This document shows, one piece after another, positions 25,595 to 39,801 of a DNA stretch of 64,000 bases. Position 1 is the first letter of the stretch; the number at the start of each line of letters is the position of its first letter. The stretch covers positions 133,300,001 to 133,364,000 of the forward strand of contig NC_042999.1 in the NCBI RefSeq assembly GCF_006345805.1. The letters are read 5' to 3'. The notes below the pieces were generated by a model that did no database searches, was not told the DNA's origin, and saw only the letters and a list, made by a program, of their open reading frames with translations. This DNA is from Octopus sinensis. Taxonomy: Eukaryota. The translations under genes and the position numbers were made by a program.

Positions 25595-25870
25595 GTGGAG
25601 GCACATGGCCTAGTGGTTAGAGTAGCGGACTCGCGGTCGAGAGATCGCGCGTTCGAATCTTGGACCGGGCGGTGTGTGTGTTTATGAGCGAAACACCTAA
25701 GTTCCACGCGGCTCCAGCAGAAGGTAATGGCAAACTTCTGCTGAATCTTTCACCACAACTTTCTTTCACTCTTTCCTCCTGCATATTGCAGGTCACCTGC
25801 GACGGACCGCCAAGGTAACCGGGAAACCGGCCCTATGAGCCAGGCGTGGCTCGAGAAGGAACAAACAACA
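25595..25870 (+). mobile_element. SINE family C with tRNA-Arg(TCG)-like head
   Basis: A box TGGCCTAGTGG, anticodon loop CTCGCGG, B box GTTCGAATC, continuing into a repeated SINE body. Confidence 0.75.
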
Positions 25871-26306
25871 ACATATAATTATCATAAATTTAGAAACATA
25901 TAAAGGAGGTGGTATCAAAAAGTTCCTGGACTAGATATGCTTAATAAAAAAATAACTTATTTACATAAGTTTTAACATCATCTCCTTTGAAATAGTCACC
26001 CTGCGCAGCACTACACCGGTCTCAGCGTTCCTGCCACTTTTGGAATCCAGCTTGGAAGTCAATTATCGTAAGCGAGTCCAAGACTTTCTGCGAATTGTTC
26101 TGCATCTTAACAATGGTATTAAAACGGTGACTTTTCAGCTGCATTTTTCCTATTTGGGAAGAGATGGAAGTCTGCGGGTGCTAAATTTGGTGAATAGAGC
26201 GAGTGTAGAAGTGATACCATGTTGTTTACCATGTTGTGTGTGTGTGTGGTGTGTGTGTGTGTGTGTTGAGCGTATATATATACAATACATATATATATAT
26301 ATATTA

Positions 26307-26350
<44 letters not shown>

Positions 26351-26409
26351 CATATACGCGTGCGGGTTTAGAACACACACACAACACATATACAACCTCA
26401 TATATATAT

Positions 26410-26458
<49 letters not shown>

Positions 26459-26464
26459 GTATAT

Positions 26465-26738
26465 ATGGAGGGCAGCGGACTCGCGGTCGGAGGATCGTGG
26501 TTTCGATTCCCAGACCGGGCGTTGTGTGTGTTTATTGAGCGAAAACACCTAAAAGCTCCACGAGGCTCCGGCAGGGGGTAGTGATCCTTGCTGTACTCTT
26601 TCACCACACTTTCTCTCACTCTTTCTTCTGTTGGCCTGCTCGCTTAGCCAGCGGGGGTCGTTTCGAAGGCTAAAAAATGCGAACGCATTGTGACCAGCGA
26701 TGTGTAACAACATCTGATGGTCTGGTCGGTCACGTGAT

Positions 26739-26745
<7 letters not shown>
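26465..26745 (+). mobile_element. SINE family C (tail variant ending GTCACGTGATCACGTGAT)
   Basis: Matches 55045-55285(-). Confidence 0.7.
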
Positions 26746-26789
<44 letters not shown>

Positions 26790-26899
26790 CGAGGTTGTAT
26801 GTGGTGTGTGAACCCCTATAACTTCTGAAGTTCACTACTGATCTTCTCTAAACTGGGAACATACATTGCTTATGTCCCACAGATGGTTTTAGACTGGCT

Positions 26900-27484
26900 C
26901 CAGTAAAACAGCACTGTAAGTAAAATTAATGAGCAGCTGCTTCAGTACCTTCCTGAAAGTCCTTACATCTATAAGTTAGTTGATACAATCCCAGATCCAG
27001 AAAGGGTGGTAAATTATTCAACAGAAGTTCTCAGTTCATTGGAGCCTCCAGAATTTCCTCTCCACAGATTAGAACTTAAAGTGAGAACTCAGTAATGTTA
27101 TTGATATATTTGGATCCACCAACACCCTGCAATGGGACACACCTAGTGGTAAAGAAGATGATGCCACATGTTATTGAGGCCTCCATTCTCTCTGGATGCG
27201 GAAAAAGAGAGGATGTTTTCATATCCAGGATTATTCTCATTCCATCGGGAGCAGAAATTCCCTTTTCATTCAGAAGAGTGCAATTTCCTATTTGTATCAG
27301 CTTTGCAATGTCTATCAATAAATCTCAATGTCTAACACTGGTAGGACTTCACTTGGAAGAATCGTGCTTCTTACACGGGTAGTTAAATGTTAACTGCTCT
27401 AGAGTGAGAAGCAAACAAGAAATCTATTTGCATTTATTCCACAATGAAAAACAAAGAATATTCTTTACCAAGAGGTTTTGTATG
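26900..27484 (+). pseudogene. Helitron PIF1-helicase C-terminal remnant
   Basis: PPEFPLHRLELK / CNGTHLVVK..HVIEASIL..RIILIP..PFSFRRVQFP..FAMSINKSQ..VGLHL..CFLHG*L..CSRV..KNILYQEVL, with a frameshift and an in-frame stop. Confidence 0.9.
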
Positions 27485-27489
27485 AATTA

Positions 27490-27640
27490 CTACATCCTAC
27501 GATGCACTCCAATATCCACTGCTCTTTATGAATGGTGAAGATGGATACCATTTCAGCATAATACCAACAAACCCGAAGACTGCATCAGCAAAGTAGTTTC
27601 TGTCATGGATTTTAGTATCAAAGTGTATTCTCCAATTACT
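27490..27640 (+). pseudogene. Helitron Rep-region remnant
   Basis: SYDALQYPLLFMNGEDGYHF matches the conserved Helitron SYDPLQYPLLF.GE.G motif. Confidence 0.7.
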
Positions 27641-28148
27641 CCCACCAACCACATGGTAAGCCGTAAACCTTATTTTTTCAAGTAATTCATTATTACATAT
27701 TTTTATGTGACTGCATAAGCTCACTTTATGTTTCTTATTCTACAGCCACACCAGCAATCCAATGTCAACACTTCACCTTCTGCAACATTTCAACAGCTCA
27801 CTTCCCGTTGCCGTCTCCCATTGCAGCCCATTTATGGAATGTAGCCATTTATATACAATATCTCCATTACATCTACATTCATTCGACTGTCAGCCATACG
27901 ACGGGTCATGTTAGACGCACCGCCGATCGCCGCAAATGAAAGGATATCCACCGATAGTTTTTTTTTCAGTGCGTTCAAAAATCGCATATCCCTATGTCAG
28001 TTTTTTATGACATACCGCTTAGTCGAATTAGCGCCCATCATTTATACCACAAATGTTTTGTCGTCAATGCTGCACTTTACCGTATCCCATGTTTCAACGT
28101 AACTATAATATATATATATAGATGCGTGCGTTCCGTCATATAATAAAT

Positions 28149-29000
28149 TAATAAATAAATAAAACATATGCATATATACATACATATATGTACGTACCTA
28201 CCTCTACATGTATATATACATGCATATATGGGTACAGGACACCAAAAGAACGTTGAACACAATGAGAAACGAAAACATAAACACAAAACCAAGGAAATGG
28301 ACATTTTTCTTAAACAACGAAAAAATAGAGTACAGGACATACAATACAAGGAAAATTCCCCTTGTTCGGTCGCCTTTGTTTCATCTACTGCACGTTTCGA
28401 AGGTCAAGGCGATACATGACTTTAATGAAACATTCCTTCCTGCGAAAAGCAAATTAAATCAAATTTGAGATTTTTTTTGCGGAGGGGTAAAAATGGTAAC
28501 AAAAACAGGACAGTAACGACAGTACAAAATATAAACAGTAAAAGACAGGACAAGGAGAATAACAGTAACATAGACAAGAAGGGCTGTTAAGCCGAACGAG
28601 ATAAAATATTACGAACGCTATTTTTGAGAACGGCGAAGGAGCAACAGAAAATGCCGTTTACACTTGAAGGAAGCCGGGTCAGAAAGATTATTTAATTTGC
28701 TTTTCGCGGGAAGGAATGTTTCATTAAAGTCATGTATCACCTTGACCTTCGAAACGTGGAGTAGATGAAATAAAGGCGACTGAAGAAGGGGAATTTTCCT
28801 TGTATTGTAAGTCCTGTACTCTATTTTTTCGTTGTTTAAGAAAAATGTCCATTTCCTTGGTTTTGTGTTTATGTTTTCGTTTCTCATTGTGTTCGACATC
28901 TTTTTGGTGTCCTGTACCCATATATGCATGTATATATACATGTAGAGGTAGGTACGCACATATATGTATGTGTATATGCATATGTTTTATTTATTTATTA
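28149..29000. repeat. Long inverted repeat (arms 28149-28459 and 28690-29000)
   Basis: ORFs 28168-28419(+) and 28730-28981(-) are near-identical; spacer ~230 bp. Confidence 0.9.
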
Positions 29001-29047
<47 letters not shown>

Positions 29048-29063
29048 AACTATGCCATCTTAA

Positions 29064-29092
29064 TCCCGAGCAATGCCTGATATCTTTGCTAG
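29064..29092 (+). mobile_element. Helitron-like 3' terminus (degraded GC hairpin + CTAG|T)
   Basis: CCCGAGCAATGCCTGA..CTAG followed by T. Confidence 0.45.
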
Positions 29093-29517
29093 TATATATA
29101 TCTCTCTCTGTCCCTCTCTCTATATATATAAGTGTGTGTGTGTGAGAGAGAGAGTATACTTACACACATACAGGTACGCATATACACATACAATACTTAT
29201 ATTTTTTTACTTGTTTCAGTTATTGACGAGTTTCATCGAATAAATCGAACCTAGCACAAAGGTTTTAAAAATGGAACTCATTCTATAAGTTTCTTTTTTG
29301 ACGAACTGCTAATTTACGGGTACGTACACAAACCAGCATCAGTTGCTAAAAGCCGGGAGTACAAAATCAAACACAAACACATACATACGACGGGCTTCTG
29401 CATAATTTCCGTCAATCAAATTCATTCGTAAGATCTTGGCCAGTTCAAGGCTACAAGTACATAACATTTGCTCAAGGTAGTGTGCAGTGGGACTGAACAT
29501 GAAACTACGTGGTTTGA

Positions 29518-30297
29518 TTTAACATTTTGGCACAAAGCCAACAAGTTCGAGGATAGAAGAAAGTCGATTACATCGACCCCTCGAAGAGATGACAGGCCAA
29601 GTTGACCTCGGTGAAATTGGAACTCAAAACATAAACACGAGCGAAATGCCGCTAGGCATTTTTGCCGGCGCGCTAACGATTCTGCCAGCTCGTCGCCTTG
29701 GGCGAAATACTTAGCGGCATTTTGTCCGTCCTTATATTCTGAGTTCAAATTCCGCCGAGGTCGACTTTGTTTTTCATCCTTTCGGGGTCGATTAAATAAG
29801 TACCAGTTACACACTGGGGTCGATATATTCGACTTAATCGGTTTGTCTGTCCTTGTTTGTCCTCTCTGTGTTTAGCCCCTTGTGGGTAGTAAAGAAATAG
29901 GTATTTCGTCTGTCTTTACGTTCTGAGCTCAAATTCCACCGAGGTCGACTTTGCTTTTCATCCTTTCGGCATCGATAAATTGAGTAGCAGTTGCGCACTG
30001 GGGTCGTTCTAATCGACTACCCCCCCTCCCCACCTCAGCCGAAAAAATTCGGGCCTTGTGCCTAGAGTAGAAAAGAATATTTTGTAAACTGGTTTCAAAT
30101 TTTGGCTCAAGGCCAGGAATGTTGGGAGAGGGTGCTAGTCGATTACGACGACCCCACTGTTTCTTAATTTATCGACCCCCGAAAGGGTGAAAGGCAAAGT
30201 CGACCTCGGCGGAATTTGAAATTAGAACATACAGACAGACGAAATGCCGCGAATCATTTTCCCGGCGTGCTTAACGATTCTGCGAGCTTGCCGCCGT
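29518..30297. mobile_element. Cluster of SINE family B copies in alternating orientation (- 29518-29700, + 29700-30080, - 30085-30297)
   Basis: Family B consensus GGCGGCGAGCTGGCAGAA..GAGTTCAAATTCCGCCGAGGTCGACTTTGCCTTTCATCCTTTCGGGGTCGAT. Confidence 0.8.
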
Positions 30298-31399
30298 AAA
30301 TTAAAATTCTTTTCGCTATCAACCCATCTCTTTCTTTAACATAGTGTTTGATTTATTTATACAAATACCAGTCTCTTGTTTCAACACTTAATCAACATTT
30401 TGTGAAGCTCTTATTCTTAGTGAGCGCGCAATTCACACAGACGCAAATATACAAGCACACAAATACTTACAAACAATCACATGCGTCCCTCTTCCGCTCA
30501 TACACACATATACACATAAAAATGTGTATCCAAATCTATCCTTACACGAATACAATCACAACCAGACACACTAATATAAAGATGTCATTGACCTGAAATG
30601 AATGGTTGGATGACTTCTGACAAGTCTCACTTTACGTAGTGTTTAGTATTAGTTCAAGATACAACCGAGCATTGAACGTGCACTCTATGCCAAGTGGATT
30701 AAAGATCATGTTGAAACATTACAATATTCTTCTCTACTCCAAAATATTAGGGGAGGGGGCCAGTCGATTAGACCGACCCCAGTACGCAACTTTACATAAT
30801 TTATCGACCCCGAAAGGATGAAAAGCAAAGTCGACCTTGGCGGAATTTGAACTCAGAACGTAGCGGCAGACGAAATACCGCTAAGCATTTCGCCCGGCGT
30901 GCTAACGATTCTGCCAGCTCGCCGCCTTGAAAGTTTACAATATTACAGGCGTACGCAAGGCTGTGTAGTTAAGCAGCTTGCTTTGCAATTGTAAGAGTTC
31001 GGGTTCCGTTCAACTGCGGGGCACCTTAGTCATGGGTCTTCTGCTATAATCCCTGATCGCCAAAGACTTTGTGAATGAATTTGGCTAGAGTGAAACTGTT
31101 TATAAGAACTATTAATCTCTCTAACAAGATAACTTACTAACTCTCACTCACCACCCCATTTTGTCTGTATTCTCTCTCTCTTTCCCTCTCTATCGCTCTC
31201 TCTCTCTCTCTCTCTCTCAGGCACATAGACTTATGTACATAGATACGCTCACACATGAGCACGTCGACACACATATTCACCCACGCACTCACTCAAACCG
31301 CGGCCATACTGGAGCCCCACATTAACATACAGAAATACATGTGCGTGTGTGTGTGTGTGTGTGTGAGTAGTGTTGTGTGGTAAGTCTTCAACAAGTAGC

Positions 31400-32740
31400 A
31401 TAGCACTCGATCACCTAATACTTGTATTTCTTTCTCTCTTGGCATCTCCTCCATTCTTTGTTCTCAGAGCACACCTCCAGTTGGAATTATTGGATTGCTG
31501 TCTTGGACACCATGGGGATATGTGGTGTCAGCAAGGTGTACGCAGAAGTCTTATCTGTTTCTCCAGATGATCGTTCACCATACAAGCCTTTACTATCGAA
31601 TAGCAATCCTTCGGAGCTATTCTCTGGGTCTATTCATTGACCTCTCGCCCACTTTGGCAAAGGGTGTTTTCCAGGAATATTTGCTGTCACTGATCTCCTT
31701 GCTGACTGCCTCAACTTTTGTCATTAGGACCTGGTCATATCTCCTAAGATAGCATCCATCACTCGATGCCTTGGAGCAGCTGCTGTAGAGCGAAAATACC
31801 TAAAGCTCCACGAGGCTCCGGCAGGGGGTGATGGCGACCCCTGTTGTACTCTTTCGCTCCAACTTTCTCTCACTCTTTCTTCCTGTTTCTTGTCCCCGAC
31901 TTCCTACGCAACCGCTGAGCCTGGATGCGCATTTATCCATCCGTCGATGCTCTCGGTGTCGAGGGTTGACCTGCTTTCTCTTCTACGGGTCTTACGAATA
32001 GCAAAGGACCACGTTTCGGACTTCTCTCACTACAGAAGTTCGCGTCGCTCAACATCAACATCAACATCAGCAGCTGCTGTAAATACATTGGATGGGCTGC
32101 GGAGGCCATCATAAACAACCTCTAGATCAGTAACTTGATTATCTGCGGGTTTCATAGCCAGGTAACATTCGGCAACATAGACTGCTCCCACTTCATCCAG
32201 GCCCTTTGTTTCTACATCACTGCTGTCCTGCTTACTATTTCTTCTTATCACTAATGTGCGCGTCACATCCTTTACCAGCTTCCACTTCTCCTAGTCATGT
32301 CGTATTGTCGTAGAGCTTCCGAATCCGGTCCTGTCTTGTATTATACTCCCAAGGAAGAAATTTCATTTTAGCCGCTCCACTCTCTGCTGATTACCTCCAC
32401 TTCTGCTATGTTCTCTTTGCAATCTGCGCCTCAGTGACTTTGGTGTTTGGAACTTATGTACCACAGGTTTTCTCGTACCTGCGACATCAGGAATTCATCA
32501 CTGAAAGAACTGATCGGAAGCTTGTTGCTGCTTCCATACACTTCGGTGCTATTCAGATTATTTGGTAAATCTCGTCCCAGTCTTCAGCTACTGTTATTGG
32601 AGCTTCACAAAGAAGCAGAGACAAGAGTATTCTTGGAAGGATCTTATGCTGATAAACCCAAACTTCGAATCTTCTTGCTAGTTCAAACTTGTCGATAGAT
32701 CGCAACAGTTCTTCAGGTCTGCTTTGGTCACCTTGATGTA
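31400..32740 (-). mobile_element. Hero-like (R2-group, RLE) non-LTR retrotransposon remnant interrupted by a SINE C copy (~31785-31995)
   Basis: IDKFELARRFEVWVYQHKILPRILLSLLLCEAPI and VVYDGLRSPSNVF resemble, from my recall of the family, Hero motifs (VDKSGLPGKFKAWIYQHGILPRILWPLLVYEVP; SVYDVLPSPSNLF). Confidence 0.65.
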
Positions 32741-32978
32741 CACGTGCACATGCACATGTACACACGCACACACACACATACACACACACACACATACACA
32801 CACACACACACACACACATAGTCACATAAACGAGTGAATGGACAGGCGAAAGAAAGACACTTAACTAATTTAGTAGAAGCTACCTTCATTGTTATCTAAA
32901 ACAGTTTGATCCGGCCCTATGCAGCTTAAAGTTTCGTAGGATCGTCACAGGAACCCAGTTCATCGCAGATAGATAGAC

Positions 32979-33340
<362 letters not shown>

Positions 33341-33529
33341 GATTAAGTAAAAGAAGACAAGGCATAATTAATATTAGTTAGTATTGCAGATGGAAGGCAT
33401 TGAAATATCTTTGCAATGTGGTTGTAGACTGATCCATTAAATACCTTTTTTATGAGTACCACCGGATATGTTAAATTGAATATATATATATGTATGTGTG
33501 TGTGAGAGTGTGTGTGTGTAAGATGAACA

Positions 33530-33830
33530 GCGACGATTAACATTTGAGTTCGGAAACATTAGCAGAGTAGATGAGATGAAGGAGAGACGCAATGAACGAG
33601 GGTAGTCAAGATAGGAACTGTGTTGTGATTGATAGATGTGGTAATAGGAATGTGACATAATGTGAATTGAGAAACACGTTGATGTGGTTGGTAAGAGGTA
33701 GTAGGAAAGGTAGTGAATGAAAAGTGAAAGAAAGTCTGAAAGAAGTAGAAGTCTGAATGAAAGAATAAAGGAATAAAGGGATGAGAGGAATGACGAAATC
33801 GGAGAAAAAACTTGGCATGGGGACACCCGA
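33530..33830 (-). pseudogene. Highly decayed PLE thumb-region remnant
   Basis: HAKFFLRFRHSS..SDF..HQRVSQ..TTS.NHNTVPILT loosely matches the PLE pattern SQFLRLRRLCS..SDF..RA..I..TS..N.RIPF.LT. Confidence 0.45.
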
Positions 33831-33923
33831 TGAGATTCAAGAGAGAGAAAGAGAGGGAAATGGTTACGAAAAAATAATATAGACACGTTGAAGAGAATGA
33901 TGAAGATAGTGACGGCGCATATA

Positions 33924-33924
<1 letters not shown>

Positions 33925-33973
<49 letters not shown>

Positions 33974-33983
33974 GATGATGATT

Positions 33984-34020
<37 letters not shown>

Positions 34021-34060
34021 CGACGACGACGACGACGACAACGACGACGACGACGACGAC

Positions 34061-34096
<36 letters not shown>

Positions 34097-34201
34097 AATG
34101 ATGTTGATGATGATGATGATGGTGATGATGAGGGTTATGACGATCATGATCAGATCATGATCATGATCCTGATGAGCATGATGATGATGATGATGATGAT
34201 G
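33925..34201. repeat. Compound (GAT)n/(GAC)n microsatellite
   Basis: Seen directly; it explains the poly-M/poly-I ORFs. Confidence 0.95.
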
Positions 34202-34369
34202 AAAGGAGGAATTCAGCAAACAATCAGATGCAAGAGTTAGAAATAGGGGTAGAGTACAAAGAGAAATGAAGAAGCGTTAGAAACACATGAAAAATAGAAA
34301 GATTATTACGAACATATGAAGAAGGTATGAACGATGAACAGTGTTACACATATTTAGAACATTAACATA

Positions 34370-34602
34370 TATTTCTTTACTACCCACATGGGGCTAAACA
34401 CAAAGGGGATAAACAAGGACAGACAAACGGATTAAGTCGATTACATCGACCCCAGTGCGTAACTGGTACTTAATTTATCGACCCCGAAAGGATGAAAGGC
34501 AAAGTCGACCTCGGGAGAATTTGAACTCAGAAAGTAACGGCAGACGAAATACGGCTACGCATTTCGCCCGGCGTGCTAACGTTTCTGCCAGCTCGCCGCC
34601 TT
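34370..34602 (-). mobile_element. SINE family B, full-length monomer
   Basis: Reverse complement of the family B consensus. Other copies lie at ~23637, 24262, 24495, 30750, 36835, 40580, 46020, 48965, 60757 and 61630. Confidence 0.8.
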
Positions 34603-34723
34603 ATAGAACATTAACATAGAGGCCATGGATAGCCAATACCTACACAGATGCATACACACGCACTTACAAATTACCCAAAAATTCATTTATAACACCAAAT
34701 ATATTATTTTAACTTGTTTCTGG

Positions 34724-34770
<47 letters not shown>

Positions 34771-34786
34771 TGTGTGTGTGTGTGTG

Positions 34787-34821
<35 letters not shown>

Positions 34822-34922
34822 CGTGTGTGTGTGTGTACGCGCATGTGTGTGAGTGAGTAAGTGAATGCCATTAAGTTAGAAATGGCTTGGACCAATCTTT
34901 AGCCGAAGCGTATCTAAATCAT

Positions 34923-34953
<31 letters not shown>

Positions 34954-35506
34954 ATGGTGTGTGTGTGTACGTGTGTGTGCTCCAGAGCATGTTGCTTCAA
35001 TTGGTAACTAAGTCAAGTAAACTATAGTGTAAAAGATATATGAGCATTACCAGAACTTATGTTATTGATGCACATGTGTATAGACTTGACAAAAGTATTC
35101 ATTTCGCACTATATAATCAATACTATAGAATTACATAGTCCTGCATACACGCATGTAATTGTGACAACGTTTTGTAGAAATCAGAGAATTTATAACCAGT
35201 AAGTCATACATAAATCTTTTAACGGGTTTAATTCCATTTGTTGGAATTTCGATAATTATATTGAGATATGTGCACAGGCATCTCAAGTGTAATTAGACAG
35301 CCCTCATTGTACTGTTTCTTTAGTGCGTATAGTACCTGGTCATTCTTTAAACTTGCTAGTGTATAATGCTCAAGGAATGCATACTAAATACTATATTAGA
35401 TATTTAAAAGCAACAAATTATTATTTCTATAAATAAATAATGATTGTGTCTATTTACTATCTAGATATCTGCATATATATCTATCTGCATGCATACATAC
35501 ATATAT

Positions 35507-35557
<51 letters not shown>

Positions 35558-37544
35558 AAATATTATTAGAGACAAAACCACTATTTTGCAAAACAAACAA
35601 GGAAAGACTTAATCAATACATAAAATTTTAATAAATAGTCAAAAAAACCGCCACTACAATCGTTATATATATATGTATATATATAAGGGTGTTATGAGCG
35701 CTTCTAGGACACATATTCTATAGAAACTCAACAAAGACTTAAAGATGGAGAAGAAAAGCTGTTAAAAGTTTTAAAAGAATTTAATCAATGCATACGATCG
35801 TTTCGAACGGTAATATTCACATGTAAATAACATGGTAAAAAAAATTGAAATTAATTTAATTATAATTAAATTAATTGCATATTACTGTTCTCCTCAGTAC
35901 GAAAAAAGAATACGTCAAAAAATACACCAGAAAAATATATTGTTACAGAAGAGTAGATGGAGTGAATGTCACATAACATATTCGGATATACATAATATCC
36001 TTATGTACGATAAAAACATGCTAAGGTAGTGTTGTTGAGTCCAGTTGTATATGAACTAAAACTCTCCATAAACATCTTCAGGACAACATTGCCCTTCTTT
36101 GACTTCAAAAGTTAGATAACTTCCAAAAGGATATATAAAATTACTAGCCTCTTCTCTTTTCGTAAATGTCTAAGTTTTATATGTCGCCGAAATCAATGAA
36201 GAATAATGATCTGGCGAAGATAGTTAACGTAGTAAAAACACGTATTCACAATTGGTCTTGTTACCAGAATGAATATATGACTATCATTTCTATCAGAGTA
36301 AGAAACATGGCAGTGTCCTCCCCATTGGCACGATATTTGTAGTGCTCCAATGCAAACCGACGATTCGTAGATCACCTTATCTATGAATCTCCGTTTCCCA
36401 GTTTCGAAATCAGCTTTCTAATTTAACGGCATAAATTCTGCAACAGTTACTGATACATAAATAGAATTTTTGTTTCATGTGGGATTATGCTATATATCAA
36501 TCGATTTTATTCCTACAACGTTGGATAAATTCCTTAGCCATACTCTGTAGTAAATATCAGCATCATATTTTTCAGACAAAAACTCCTGCTACCACTGTCA
36601 TTATTACAGACATGTGCACCTCTCGGTAGTCATCTGATTTGTCAGAAATAGTAGCAAATTTTTCTCAGATCAAACCCTGCGGTTTTAGAAAAGGTTTTGT
36701 TGATTAATATAGTTTTGATTTCCTTGTGCATATACATGAGAGAAGGTCACAACTAGAAAACATTTTTCATCATATGGCAACTAGATCAACATTGAGCTGA
36801 GACTAAACAATAATGATAGCCTTTGTAATACAGGTAGAAAGCCTTATTTTATCGACACTGAAAGAATGAAGGGCAAAGTCGATTTCGGTGGAATTTGAAC
36901 TCAGGATATAAAAGTAGACGAAATACCTATTTCTTTACTACCCACAAGGGGCTAAACACAGAGAGGACAAATAAGGACAGACAAACGGATTAAGTCGATT
37001 GCATCGACCCCAGTGCGTAACTGGTACTTAATTTATTGACCCCGAAAGGATGAAAGGCAAAGTCGACCTTGGCGGAATTTGAACTCAGAATGTAACGGCA
37101 GACGAAATACCACTAAGCATTTTGTCAAACGTGCTAACAGTTCTGCTTGCTCGCCGCCTTATTAGGAATTAGCATTAAACAAACATAGAAATCTGAGAGT
37201 CATTAATAATTCTTCACATAAGACTTTTAGTAGTTTCTCATTTCATTTTCTTTTATCGCCAGCAACAAGAATAACCGTAATAATATTCTTAGCTGGAGAC
37301 TGAACATGTTGACTCAATCAACTACATTCTTAACAATTTCCAAACCCCTTTCATAGCCTTATAAAATGTATTTCAAGATATACAACATATTTAACATACA
37401 TGATGGTCACGATTGTGATGCCTTTGATCAGAGGTCTACGCAATGAAGGTTGTTCTGAGATATAGCGCTTTGTCCGAAATACTGACAATACTGTCAGCTC
37501 GCTGCCTAAACACTGATGATAACAAAAACATATACGGCAATAGA

Positions 37545-38625
37545 GGCGACGAGCTGGCAGAAACGTTAGCACTCCGGGCGAAATGCTCAGCGGTACTTCG
37601 TCTGCCGCTACGTTCTGAGTTCAAATTCCGCCGAAGTCGACTTTGCCTTTCATCCTTTCGGAGTCGATTAAATAAGTACCAGTTACGCACTAGGGTCGAT
37701 TTAATCGACTTAATCCGTTTGTCTGTCCTTGTTTGTCCCCTCTGTGTGTAGCCCCTTGTGGGTAGTAAAGAAATAGGTATTTCGTCTGCCGTTGCGTTCT
37801 GAGCTCAAATTCCACCGAGGTCGACTTTGTCATTCATCCTTTCAGGGTCGATAAAATAAGTACCAGTTACGCACTGGGGTCGATATAATCGACTTAATCC
37901 GTTTGTCTGTCTTTGTTTGTCCCCTCTGTGTGTAGCCCCTTGTGGGTAGTAAAGAAATAGGTATTTCGTCTGCCGTTACGTGCTGAGCTCAAATTTCACC
38001 GAGGTCGACTTTGTCATTCATCCTTTCAGGGTCGATAAAATAAGTACCAGTTACGCACTGGGGTCGATATAATCGACTTAATCCGTTTGTTTGTCCTTGT
38101 TTGTCCCCTCTGTGTTTAGCCCCATGTGGGTAATAAAGAAATAGGTATTTCGTCTGCCATTACATTCTGAGTTCAAATTCCGCCGAGGTCGACTTTGCTA
38201 TTTATCCTTTCAGGGTCGATTAAATAAGTACCAGTTACGCACTGGGGTCGATGTAATCGACTTAATCCGTTTGTCTGTCCCTGTTTGCTCTCTCTGTGTT
38301 TAGACCCTTGTGGGTAGTAAAGAAATAGGTATTTCGTCCATCTGAACGTTCTGAGTTCAAATCCCGCCGAGTTCAAATTTCGTCTGCGTTATATTCTGAG
38401 CTCAAATTCCGCCGAGATCGATCATGCTTTTCATCCTTTCGGGGTCGATAAATTAATGACCAGTTATGCACTGGGGTCGATATAATCGACTTAATCCGTT
38501 TGTCTGTCCTTGTTTGCACCCTCTGTGTTTAGCCCCTTGTGGGCAATAAAGAGTACCTAGGTTGATGTAATCGACTTGCCCCTTCCCCCAAAATTTCAGG
38601 CTTTGTGCCTATAGTAGAAAAAAAT
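37545..38625 (+). mobile_element. SINE family B head followed by tandem 184-bp body units
   Basis: Junction AAAGAAATAG|GTATTTCGTC at 37777, 37961, 38145 and 38329 (184-bp spacing). Confidence 0.85.
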
Positions 38626-39595
38626 ATGTTTATCCTTATATGCTATAAATGAAACAGGCAACATTCAGTGACCTTTTTAAGAATATCATTGAAATTATGT
38701 TTGCAATGTAACACTAGTATGCCCCAAAATAACATTGGCTTGCCTAAAGAACCAAATAATTGTTTCGCTTACATATTTTCACATGCATATAATATTTATG
38801 TATCACATATAAAAGATATCAATCAACAAGTGCATTTTACATATACACGATAAGACGTAATGTATATAATACATACACACACACACACACACATATATAT
38901 ATCTATATATAACATACGAGTAATATATGGTGAGAATTTTGCGCACTTGCACGTATACATACATACATACATACATACATACATACATACATACATACGT
39001 ACATACATACATACATACATACGTACATACAAACGTACATACATACGTACGTACGTATGTACATACATAAATACATACATGCATACGTACGTACGTACAT
39101 ACATAAATACATACATACATATGAATGTATATAGGAAGAGATTAAAATGTGTAAGAGAGAGAGAGGGCGGGGGCGGAGTGACATACATATAATATATTCA
39201 GAATATTTACATGTGTACACTTAAGAATGGCTACATATGTCAAATATTGAAACTCAGGAGTTCCTCTGTACATATGCTTTACACACACACACACACACGC
39301 ACACACACACATATGCATACATGCATAAATGTGTGTGTGTGTGTTTGTATGTGTGTGTAGATGCTTCTATGTATGTGTGTTTGTGTGTGTGTGCTCATAG
39401 TAGACAAAAATGCACGCCTTCAGTAGGACAGCATATTTGCAATGCACATAAAATATATAATAAACAAGCTGCAATATATATCATTTTTATGCAACATATT
39501 TCTCTGCAAAGTCGTATGTACATTTACATATGCCCTCATATAATATATATATATATATATATGTATGTGAGTGAGTGTGTGTGTGTGTGTGTGTG

Positions 39596-39654
<59 letters not shown>

Positions 39655-39749
39655 TATTTACTATTGCACTATCTCGTTCACATAGTCACACACATATATA
39701 TATACCATATATATAATTTTGCATACATGCGTTTTTACGCAAGCACACA

Positions 39750-39801
<52 letters not shown>

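Noticed and set aside
25595-25675. tRNA-Arg gene
   Set aside because: No proper acceptor stem; it continues into a dispersed SINE body.
36190-36430. Open frames in unique sequence
   Set aside because: No recognisable protein and ambiguous splice sites; needs RNA-seq or BLAST.
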